The translations under genes were made by a program, and so were the position numbers. The notes beneath the pieces were generated by a model that saw nothing but the letters and a program-made list of their open reading frames with translations, searched no databases and was not told the DNA's origin. DNA of 64,000 nt from an uncultured Bacteroidota bacterium (GTDB taxonomy: Bacteria > Bacteroidota > Ignavibacteria > UBA10030 > UBA6906), in NCBI GenBank assembly GCA_963700635.1, contig CAVOYH010000005.1, positions 32,001-96,000 of the forward strand, read 5' to 3'. Of the stretch, positions 11,155-19,262 are shown piece by piece. Every line of letters starts with the position of its first letter. Within the stretch, counting starts at the first letter, position 1.

Positions 11155-11829
11155 TTATTTCGGGCACTTCTTGAGCACCATGAACCAGTCAAGAACCGTA
11201 GTGTCAGATGCCGGAGTTTCAACACGTTCCTTGGCCATGCCGCAGGAACCCGGTGGTGGCACAATGACGTCTTCTCCGGGGCTCCAGTTTGCGGGTGTCG
11301 CCACGCTGTGCTTATCGGATAGCTGCATGGCCACCAGCAGTCGCTTGATTTCGTCCATGTTGCGGCCGTTGCTGAGAGGGTAATACAGAATTGCTCTGAC
11401 AGTGGCTTTCGGATCGATGATGAAGACCGCTCGAACAGCCTGAGTGGTGCTGGCTGCGGGCTGAAGCATTCCAAACGCCTTGGATACATCCATCGTAAGA
11501 TCACTGATGACCGGGAATGTCACCTCGACTCCCTTCATGCCCTTGAATACGATCTTCTCCTTTATGGTCCTCAGCCAGGCGATGTGGCTGTAAGTGCTGT
11601 CGATGGAGAGACCGAGGAGTTTACAATTGAGTTTTTCGAACTCCGGTTGCAGGGACGTAAAGGTCATGAACTCAGTGGTGCAAACCGGGGTGAAATCGGC
11701 CGGATGGGAGAAGAAAATCACCCACTTGCCTTTGTAGTCGTCAGGGAAATTGATCGGCCCCTGTGTGCTTTCCGCTTTAAAGGACGGGGCTTTTTCGCCG
11801 ATCAATGGAAGTCTTGCTTGCAGGTCCAT
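11155..11829 (-). CDS. Peroxiredoxin (Prx6 / archaeal-type)
   Basis: HPADFTPVCTTE active-site motif; GRNMDEI. Confidence 0.95.
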   Translation of the reverse strand: MDLQARLPLIGEKAPSFKAESTQGPINFPDDYKGKWVIFFSHPADFTPVCTTEFMTFTSLQPEFEKLNCKLLGLSIDSTYSHIAWLRTIKEKIVFKGMKGVEVTFPVISDLTMDVSKAFGMLQPAASTTQAVRAVFIIDPKATVRAILYYPLSNGRNMDEIKRLLVAMQLSDKHSVATPANWSPGEDVIVPPPGSCGMAKERVETPASDTTVLDWFMVLKKCPK

Positions 11830-11927
11830 CTTTGTGTTTCTCCTTACGTAAAGTTAGTATACGCCGCGGCCGCGCCGATCCATGGGGGCGGCCGTCGGTC
11901 AGTTGTTTCACGGCGGGCAGCTGGGTT

Positions 11928-12320
11928 TTATTCCGACGTGGTTTTCGTTTTGATCTCGTCCAGCTGTTTTCTTATGGAGTCCAGTTCCGACTGCAACGCC
12001 TCGACCTGGTTCTTGAGCTCCTGCTCCTCCATTTCCGGATCGGGTTTCTGGTATGGTGCCGGGTATCCATAAGGAGCGGCATTACCGCCGGACCGCATCC
12101 ACCTCGGCAGGCCGGTGGCGCGGAACATGTTCCGCCATCCGCGTCCGTTCCCGCCGAATCCCCGGCCACGGGGTCCACGGCCTCTCGCGAAATCCATTCC
12201 AATGTCACTTGCCGGGACAGGGTTCGCATACCCCGGCTCCCCGGACCCAGCGCAGTATCCAGCCGCGCGTCCGGTTCTTGCTTTTTTCCCCATCGGTCCA
12301 GTTCGATCTCCTCCTGGCAT
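11928..12320 (-). CDS. DUF5320-family protein
   Basis: MPGGDRTGP...TGRAAGYC N-terminus, RG-rich middle, C-terminal coiled coil; strong RBS. Confidence 0.85.
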   Translation of the reverse strand: MPGGDRTGPMGKKARTGRAAGYCAGSGEPGYANPVPASDIGMDFARGRGPRGRGFGGNGRGWRNMFRATGLPRWMRSGGNAAPYGYPAPYQKPDPEMEEQELKNQVEALQSELDSIRKQLDEIKTKTTSE

Positions 12321-12351
12321 TGTTGTATCCTCCTTTCAAAATGATTGTCTC

Positions 12352-13008
12352 TTATTGCCTTGTCATGGCAGTTCCACACTTCGGGCATGTGCGCTCAACG
12401 CAGGGCACGCCGCGTTCGTGTGGTGCCGTCTGTCCGCATTTTGGACAAAGGCAGGTGCCGGCAACGCCAGCCGCAGAAGGACCTCCCTTACGACCTCGAC
12501 CTTGTCCGCCCTGGCCCTGACCCTTTCCGCCCCCTTTTCCCATTCCACCTCGACCTTGTCCGCCCTGGCCCTGACCCTGTCCGCCACCTTTTTCCATTCC
12601 AACACGTCCTTTTTCGTTCATCTCGTATTCCTCCTCCTTAGTTGTGTCGCATATTCTCCTATGACGACCGCGACCGCAACAGCCCGGCATAGCAAATGTA
12701 TCGTGTTCAAACGTACCACTGAGCCAAGCCTGAACGACCAATTGCAGATCGCCGGCCACGAAGGGGACGACCTGGATTCCGTAGGCGGTGACCATCCCGC
12801 TCATCGGCCTGGAGATCGCACCGCAAACCAGTGTGTTGATTCCAAGCTCCACCAGTCGAAGTGTCTTTTGAACGGACTGATCTTCCGGGAGCGTTTCCTG
12901 GCTCTCGCGGATAATACGTCCTGAGGCGGCCTCGACGACGTGAACCTGTCGCGCGGTGTCGAAAACTGGCGCGATGCGATCGTCCCAGTATGCGAATGCT
13001 GTTTTCAT
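12352..13008 (-). CDS. NifB/NifX-family (orange-protein-like) domain fused to Gly-rich linker and CxCxxC...CxxxxCxxC domain
   Basis: RIAPVFD and LVCGAIS motifs; C-terminal CLCPKCG...[11 protein letters not shown]. Confidence 0.85.
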   Translation of the reverse strand: MKTAFAYWDDRIAPVFDTARQVHVVEAASGRIIRESQETLPEDQSVQKTLRLVELGINTLVCGAISRPMSGMVTAYGIQVVPFVAGDLQLVVQAWLSGTFEHDTFAMPGCCGRGRHRRICDTTKEEEYEMNEKGRVGMEKGGGQGQGQGGQGRGGMGKGGGKGQGQGGQGRGRKGGPSAAGVAGTCLCPKCGQTAPHERGVPCVERTCPKCGTAMTRQ

Positions 13009-13046
13009 TGTCCGGGTCCTGCTCCTCGTTCACGCTCTATAAAAGG

Positions 13047-13061
13047 GCAAGTACGGTGCCA
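13047..13061 (-). promoter_or_regulatory. Sigma54 -24/-12 promoter
   Basis: Minus strand TGGCAC-CGTAC-TTGC, an exact consensus match, about 40 nt upstream of the NifX-like gene and next to a sigma54 activator gene. Confidence 0.88.
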
Positions 13062-13194
13062 GGCTCACCGATTGGACATTAAAAGCTTGTAAGAGGTTAT
13101 AATCAAAGAAGATATGGATGGCAGACGGTGTGGGTAAAAAAGGTATAGAGTAGTTTTGTCGCTACTGTATCTGTTACCGATTGGTGCAGCTAAG

Positions 13195-14586
13195 CTACTG
13201 TGTTCGCTTGCGAGTGGCGCGGCCGTCTCGTTCGGGAAGGGAAATATTCAGCTTTTTCATCCTGCGGAAAAGCGTGGTTTTGTGGATGCCAAGCTCCCGA
13301 GCTGCCGCCAGCCGGTTGAAGGCGTTTCGTTCGAGTGCGGCGTGGATGGCTTGAGCATCGAGGACATTGTGGGCGGACCGCATATCGGCATCCGCGCCCG
13401 CCATTACGCCGCGAGCTGTCAATTCTCCGGGTAGGTGCGCGAATTCTATTTCCCCGTCGCCACAGAGAATGAACGCACGCTCGATGACGTTTTCCAGCTC
13501 GCGGATGTTACCCGGCCAGTCGTGGGCCATGAGGAGGGATAAGGCCTCCGCAGCAATCCCCTTTACGAATTTCCTCTGCGACCGGTTGAACCGGGTGACG
13601 AACTGCTCAACCAGGAGGGGAATGTCTTCTTTTCGTCGGCGCAGCGGGGGCAATTCGACGCGCACCACGTTCACGCGGTAGTAGAGGTCATCCCGAAAAT
13701 GCCCCTGGCGCATTTGGTCAGCCAGGTCTTTGTTTGTTGCCACAATGACACGAACGTCAGCTGCTTCGGATCGGGTGGCTCCCAGCGGCTCATACATACG
13801 TTCCTGCAGCACACGGAGCAATCTGACCTGAAGGGCCTGGCTGATCTCGCCGATTTCGTCGAGTAAGATCGTCCCCCCCTTGGCCAATGCAAAGCGGCCA
13901 GGTTTATCCTTGTTTGCTCCGGTGAACGCCCCGGCCTTGTATCCGAACAATTCCGATTCCAGCAATGTGTCGGGCAAAGCCCCGCAGTTGACTGCGATGA
14001 ACGGCCCCTGGTTTCGCGGGCTGAGCGAATGGATTGTCCGCGCCACCAGTTCCTTCCCGGTGCCGGTTTCTCCGAGGACAAGAACCGTGCTGGGGCTGGC
14101 GGCGATGGCAGGCAGAACTTCGAACACTCGCTGCATCAAGGGGCTTCTGCTGGTCAGGTCGCCGACCCGGAATTTCCCCTCCAACTCCTGTCGTAACGCC
14201 TCGACTTCGGAAAGATCGCGGAATGTCTCTGCGCCGCCGATCACGCGCCCATCGCCGTCCCGCAGCATTGCCGTAGAAATGCTGATGGGGATGCGGTTCC
14301 CGTCCGAATCAACGATGTACCCGGATTTACCGATGATGGGTTTGCCGGTCTTCAGGGTTTCCTGAAGCGAACAGGCGGCCTCGCACATGCTGGAACGAAA
14401 CACATCCGAGCAGCGTTGGCCGATCGCCTCATTACGAGACACACCCGTGATCTCTTCGGCGGCCCGGTTGAACGACGTGACGCGCCACTCCATATCCACA
14501 GTAAAAACGCCGTCTGAGATGCTCTCAAGGATGGTTTCGGTCGGAGTCAGGGCTGCTGGTTTCGTGCTTTTCTTACGGCTGTTCAT
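13195..14586 (-). CDS. PAS-domain sigma54-dependent activator (OrpR-like)
   Basis: PAS with Cx8Cx3C; Walker A GETGTGKE; GAFTGA; WPGNIRELEN; Fis-type HTH. Confidence 0.93.
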   Translation of the reverse strand: MNSRKKSTKPAALTPTETILESISDGVFTVDMEWRVTSFNRAAEEITGVSRNEAIGQRCSDVFRSSMCEAACSLQETLKTGKPIIGKSGYIVDSDGNRIPISISTAMLRDGDGRVIGGAETFRDLSEVEALRQELEGKFRVGDLTSRSPLMQRVFEVLPAIAASPSTVLVLGETGTGKELVARTIHSLSPRNQGPFIAVNCGALPDTLLESELFGYKAGAFTGANKDKPGRFALAKGGTILLDEIGEISQALQVRLLRVLQERMYEPLGATRSEAADVRVIVATNKDLADQMRQGHFRDDLYYRVNVVRVELPPLRRRKEDIPLLVEQFVTRFNRSQRKFVKGIAAEALSLLMAHDWPGNIRELENVIERAFILCGDGEIEFAHLPGELTARGVMAGADADMRSAHNVLDAQAIHAALERNAFNRLAAARELGIHKTTLFRRMKKLNISLPERDGRATRKRTQ

Positions 14587-15054
14587 CCCGATGTGCAGAC
14601 CCTCCCTGCATAGAATCCCCGTAACTCCTCTACCCTGCTAATGATCCGTGTGCTCATGTGCTATATCAGTTGCCCATTCGTTGATTCACCATGCACCGCC
14701 CCTTAAAGAAAACCGTTTCATGCCTCAATCTCAAGGCCATACTCATCTATATTTGAGATTAACTCCCACATTAAAACATGCGAAATTGGATCCAAGTTCC
14801 ACAAAGACGCGATCTGACCTCCGACACTCCTTCAAGATTTTGTAGATAAAAATGTTATCTTGGCCGTAGGGAGTCTCTGGAAAAACGGACTCAATCTTGG
14901 CATTTGCCCTGCGGACGGTTCACGCGGCGGACATAGCAGCCCAAGCCACGTGAAGCGGTTCCTTGATTGCAGGCACCATCTTTTAGTTGTATTCACCGCA
15001 GTTTTTCCCCGCGTTCATCGTCTAATGATACAGAAGCTCACTGAATTGGAGTTC

Positions 15055-15684
15055 ATGCAAGACCGGGAATTCATCGACCGATTGGTGGCAGGAGATCAGG
15101 AGGCTTTTCGCCTCCTCGTGGAACTCCATCAGGCAAAGGTCATCAATACCTGCTACGGCTTCCTCGGCACCAAAGAGGATGCCGAAGACACTGCGCAGGA
15201 GGTCTTTCTCGAGATCTTCCGGTCCATTGAAGGATTCCGGGGTGATGCGTCACTTTCCACCTGGATCTATCGTATCGCGGTCACCCGGTCGCTTGATAGT
15301 GTCCGGGCTCGAAGTCGGGCAAAGAGAACGGATCATCTTAGACAACTGCTGGGATTGGGTGAAACAATGAACGAACCGAAGGCACCGGAAGAGCTGGCCC
15401 CGGACATTCAGCTCGAGGAGAAGGAGCGCATGGAACTGCTTCTCCGTACGATAGCGAAACTGCCGGAGAACCAGCGCGTGGCAATCACACTCGCGAGACT
15501 GGAAGGGTTCAGTTACACCGAGGTTGCCGGGATCCTGGAGACAACCGTCGGTGCCGTGGAGTCCCTTTTGGTCCGCGCCAGGAAGAATCTTGAGAAGGCT
15601 CTGTCAAAGTACTTTCAGCGTCGATTGGCCGATCCGCGCGAAGGGGGATCGTCGTACGCTGAACAACGGAGGAGCGCATTATGA
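15055..15684 (+). CDS. ECF sigma-70 factor
   Basis: DAEDTAQEVF, STWIYRI, region 4 with GFSYTEVA; ATG after GGAG at 15055 (alternative start 15025). Confidence 0.93.
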   Translation: MQDREFIDRLVAGDQEAFRLLVELHQAKVINTCYGFLGTKEDAEDTAQEVFLEIFRSIEGFRGDASLSTWIYRIAVTRSLDSVRARSRAKRTDHLRQLLGLGETMNEPKAPEELAPDIQLEEKERMELLLRTIAKLPENQRVAITLARLEGFSYTEVAGILETTVGAVESLLVRARKNLEKALSKYFQRRLADPREGGSSYAEQRRSAL

Positions 15685-16025
15685 CCAAACGCGAACGCAT
15701 TCAGGACGAAGTGCAGAAGACGATCAGTTTTCTGGACAAGATGCCGCGACTCGACGGGAATCCATTTCTGTATACGCGCATCGCGCTGCAGTTGAACGCT
15801 GGAGCCGGACGGTCATCGGCACGCGCCGGTCATCGTCTCGCCGCTGTGTTCAGTACCGTGCTGCTGGCGCTTCTGATCATTTTCAACATCATGACACTGG
15901 CGCACTCCCTGACGGGTGCGGCCGGCGACACAGTGTCACGATCGGATCTCAAGGAAACCATAGTGCAAGAGTACCAGATCGGTGTGGATCCGCGGGCGCA
16001 ACTTATCATGACTGAGACCAGGTGA
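15681..16025 (+). CDS. Single-TM putative anti-sigma factor
   Basis: ATGA overlap with the sigma gene, NPFLYTRI motif, one TM helix. Confidence 0.7.
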   Translation: MTKRERIQDEVQKTISFLDKMPRLDGNPFLYTRIALQLNAGAGRSSARAGHRLAAVFSTVLLALLIIFNIMTLAHSLTGAAGDTVSRSDLKETIVQEYQIGVDPRAQLIMTETR

Positions 16026-16032
16026 GGCACGT

Positions 16033-16584
16033 ATGGACATCTTTGCGCAAAAGAAACTTCTTTATGTGATCATCGTCCTGCTGGTTGTCCTGAACGTGGC
16101 CTCCCTCGGCATGCTCTGGTATCAGCACGCACAACGGGATGTCGTTCCTGCCGCTCTTACGCGCGGTGGAAGGGGAGCTATGGGGCGGCTGGTCGAGCGT
16201 GAGCTTGATCTTTCGGGGGAACAGCGCGAGAAGTTTGACCTACTGGGCGCGGAACATGCCTTGACCCTGACGCAGACCCAGGATGCGCTCATCCAGGCCA
16301 AACGGGCGATACTCAAGGAGGTCACTGCGCCGGCCCCGGATACTGCCCGCGTAAGACTCCTCGTGCACGAGATCACGGCGAATCAGGACCGGCTCGAGTG
16401 GCTCCTGTTCGATCACTTTGTCCAGATCCGCTCGCTCCTGAGAGAAGACCAGAAACAGAAGTTCGACAATCTCATCATTGAAGTGACTGAAGCCCCTCCC
16501 CCGCAGCGGCGGGGCGGATTGCGGCGGGGATTGCCGGAGGGGCCGCCTCCGTCAGGCAGGCCTGAACCAGAACCCAGAAATTAG
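16033..16584 (+). CDS. Spy/CpxP/ZraP-like periplasmic protein
   Basis: N-terminal TM; LDLSGEQ and LLREDQKQKF (LTxxQ-like motifs). Confidence 0.8.
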   Translation: MDIFAQKKLLYVIIVLLVVLNVASLGMLWYQHAQRDVVPAALTRGGRGAMGRLVERELDLSGEQREKFDLLGAEHALTLTQTQDALIQAKRAILKEVTAPAPDTARVRLLVHEITANQDRLEWLLFDHFVQIRSLLREDQKQKFDNLIIEVTEAPPPQRRGGLRRGLPEGPPPSGRPEPEPRN

Positions 16585-16605
16585 AGACAACGGAGAGGAA
16601 ACAGC

Positions 16606-16860
16606 GTGAATCAACTGACGATAACACCCGACCTCGCGATCAGCGAAACGGGCTTCCTGTTCCTTTCGTCCACCGGCGAGACCTTTACGGTGAACGAACT
16701 GGGAAAACAGATACTGAGATCCCTCCAGGATGGGGTGAGCCAGGAGGCGATCATCCAGGCCATCACCGAAGAATTCGACGTTGAGCCGGTGGATGCGCAA
16801 CGGGACGTCGTGGACTTCGTTGGACTCCTGAAGCACCTGCGCCTGGCGGTTGAATCATGA
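16606..16860 (+). CDS. Stand-alone PqqD-family protein / RiPP recognition element (RRE)
   Basis: 84 aa: GETFTVNELGKQIL...EEFDVEPVDAQRDVVDFVGLL, the typical PqqD pattern; RBS GAGGA then GTG. Confidence 0.88.
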   Translation: MNQLTITPDLAISETGFLFLSSTGETFTVNELGKQILRSLQDGVSQEAIIQAITEEFDVEPVDAQRDVVDFVGLLKHLRLAVES

Positions 16861-17897
16861 ACATCGCCATCACGGGGTTGAATAATATCGATAATCCAGG
16901 GCCGGGAGTGCCTGTAATCCGCGCGCTTCGGGATTCGGGAGAAGTTGACGGGCGCATCATCGGACTGCTTTATGACACGCTTGAGCCGGGCGCCTACCTC
17001 CCTTCGGTCGCAGATGCGAGCTACATGATTCCGTATCCCTCCGCGGGCCTGGAGCACCTGTACGGGCGGCTCGCCGTGATTCTGGAGCGGGAGAAGATCG
17101 ACGTCATCATTCCCACGCTCGATTCCGAGTTAAACGGATTCATCGCACTCGCGCCCCGCCTCAAGACGCTTGGAGTGCGCATGCTGCTGCCCTCAAAGGA
17201 GCAGTTGGCCATGCGGGCGAAGGATAAGCTCGCCGATTTTTGCCGCAAACACGGGATCGCTGTTCCTGAGAACATCCTGGCAACCTCCGTACAGGATGTG
17301 TACACGATCCAGACACACTATGACTATCCGGTCGCTGTGAAAGGCATCTTTTACGATGCTGTGATCGCGAACAATTTCGAAGAAGCGCTCTCTGCATTCC
17401 ACCGGTTGCAGGAGAAATGGGGGCTCCCCATTGTTGTGCAGGAGTTCGTCCACGGCGACGAGTATAATGTGTGCGCTCTCGGTGACAACGGTGCGACCGT
17501 TGGCGCCGTTGCTATGAAGAAGATGTACATCACGGACAAGGGGAAGGGGTGGTCGGGCATCACCATCCGGGAGCCGGCGTTGATCGGGCTGACCGAAAAG
17601 ACGATCGGGGCCCTGCAGTGGAACGGTGGGATCGAACTCGAATTCGTGAAGGATCAGGCAACCAATGCCTATGTCCTTCTGGAGATCAACCCCCGCTTTC
17701 CGGCCTGGGTGTACCTGGCCGTTGCTGCCGGACAGAACCTTCCTCTGGCCGCCGCAAAGCTTGCCCTCGGCCAGCCCGTTCCGAAGTTCAGTTCGTACGA
17801 TATCGGGAAGATGTTCATCCGGTATTCGTGGGACCTTATCACTGATATCAAGCGATTTGAAGAAATCACCGTCAGCGGGGAATTACACAATGACTAA
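16857..17897 (+). CDS. ATP-grasp protein (CarB-like single-domain family)
   Basis: DK...YPVAVKG...VVQEFV.G.EY...LLEINPRF. Confidence 0.9.
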   Translation: MNIAITGLNNIDNPGPGVPVIRALRDSGEVDGRIIGLLYDTLEPGAYLPSVADASYMIPYPSAGLEHLYGRLAVILEREKIDVIIPTLDSELNGFIALAPRLKTLGVRMLLPSKEQLAMRAKDKLADFCRKHGIAVPENILATSVQDVYTIQTHYDYPVAVKGIFYDAVIANNFEEALSAFHRLQEKWGLPIVVQEFVHGDEYNVCALGDNGATVGAVAMKKMYITDKGKGWSGITIREPALIGLTEKTIGALQWNGGIELEFVKDQATNAYVLLEINPRFPAWVYLAVAAGQNLPLAAAKLALGQPVPKFSSYDIGKMFIRYSWDLITDIKRFEEITVSGELHND

Positions 17898-19251
17898 AAG
17901 ACCGTATGAGCGGCCCGTCATCACGAAGCAACAGTCCGGATTTATGAACAAGTTCGGCAGTGCGCCGGCGAGCACGCCGAGAACTGAGATCGATGGTGTT
18001 CCGATCAAGCAGTTGACTGAGGATTTTGGCTCGCCACTGTTCGTCCTTTCGGAGCGCACGATCCGTGAGACCCAGCGCTCGGCCTTGCGCGTATTCCGTA
18101 CCCGCTATCCGCGTGTACAGTTCGCATGGTCCTACAAAACGAACTACCTCAACGCGGTGTGCTCGGTCTTTCATCAGGAAGGATCATGGGCGGAGGTGGT
18201 GTCGGAATTTGAATACGACCGGGCCCGGGCTCTGGGGATTCCCGGCGAACACATCCTCTTCAACGGCCCCGACAAAAGTTCTGATGCGATCGAGAAGGCG
18301 ATCCGCGATCGCGCGAAGATCCATATCGATCATATGGATGAGCTTTATGAGATCATTGAGGTCACTGAACGTCTTGGTCTGAATGCGGATGTGGCCATTC
18401 GTGTGAATATGGACGTCGGGGTCTATCCGAAATGGGACCGGTTCGGGTTCAACTACGAGAACGGGGAAGCGCAGGATGCGCTGAAGCGCATCGTGATGAC
18501 ATCGCGGCTGAAACTCGTCGGCCTGCATTGCCACATTGGCACCTACATGATGAGCGCTGAACCCTATCGCATCGCCATGGGGAAACTTGTGACCCTCGCC
18601 AACTGGTTGAAGAGCCAGCATGGCATCGCCGTCCAGTACCTCGATGCGGGAGGCGGTCTGCCATCCCGGAATACCCTGAAAGGTCAGTATCTGCCGGCCG
18701 AGGACTCGCTGCCGTCGCTGGAACAGTACGCAGACGCGATCACCGCCCCTTTCCTGGAACTTGCTGCGCGGCGGGACGAAATGCCCATGCTGATTCTCGA
18801 ATCCGGTCGGGCTCTGATCGACAGTGCCGGCTTTCTCGCGAGCACCGTCCGCGCGGCGAAGCGCCTCTCCGATGGAAAACGCGCGCTCGTGCTCGATGCG
18901 GGGGTCAATATTCTCTTTACGAGCTTCTGGTACAAGCATACCATTCTCCCCGCCCAGCCGGCCGGGATCATGAAAGAAAACGCGGCGGTCTTCGGTCCGC
19001 TCTGCATGAACATCGATTGTATCCGAGAGGACATCACTGTGCCCGGTCTCAAAAAGGGTGATCAGGTGGTGATCCTCAACGTCGGGGCGTACAATATGAC
19101 GCAATGGATGCAATTTATCACGCTGCGTCCGGCCGTTGTGATGATCATGGAGAACGGGAAGGCAGAACTCATCAGGAAACCGGAAGACCTGGCCTATGTG
19201 ATGAGTCCCGAGTCTGTCCCGTCCTCACTCACGATTTCGACGCCGGTCTAG
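17890..19251 (+). CDS. PLP-dependent fold-type III decarboxylase (LysA/BtrK-like) with N-terminal extension
   Basis: SYKTN (PLP lysine), HCHIGT, DAGGG, ESGR, GPLC, VGAY; ATG at 17890 overlaps the upstream stop region. Confidence 0.9.
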   Translation: MTKRPYERPVITKQQSGFMNKFGSAPASTPRTEIDGVPIKQLTEDFGSPLFVLSERTIRETQRSALRVFRTRYPRVQFAWSYKTNYLNAVCSVFHQEGSWAEVVSEFEYDRARALGIPGEHILFNGPDKSSDAIEKAIRDRAKIHIDHMDELYEIIEVTERLGLNADVAIRVNMDVGVYPKWDRFGFNYENGEAQDALKRIVMTSRLKLVGLHCHIGTYMMSAEPYRIAMGKLVTLANWLKSQHGIAVQYLDAGGGLPSRNTLKGQYLPAEDSLPSLEQYADAITAPFLELAARRDEMPMLILESGRALIDSAGFLASTVRAAKRLSDGKRALVLDAGVNILFTSFWYKHTILPAQPAGIMKENAAVFGPLCMNIDCIREDITVPGLKKGDQVVILNVGAYNMTQWMQFITLRPAVVMIMENGKAELIRKPEDLAYVMSPESVPSSLTISTPV

Positions 19252-19262
19252 GGGAACCCAGC

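Noticed and set aside
12352-13008. Nitrogen fixation gene
   Set aside because: The NifX-like domain is widespread outside nif clusters, and no nifHDK genes are in the window.
17890-19251. Calling the decarboxylase lysA
   Set aside because: Motifs diverge (SYKTN, ESGR, CMNID rather than CESGD) and the gene context is atypical; the substrate cannot be assigned.
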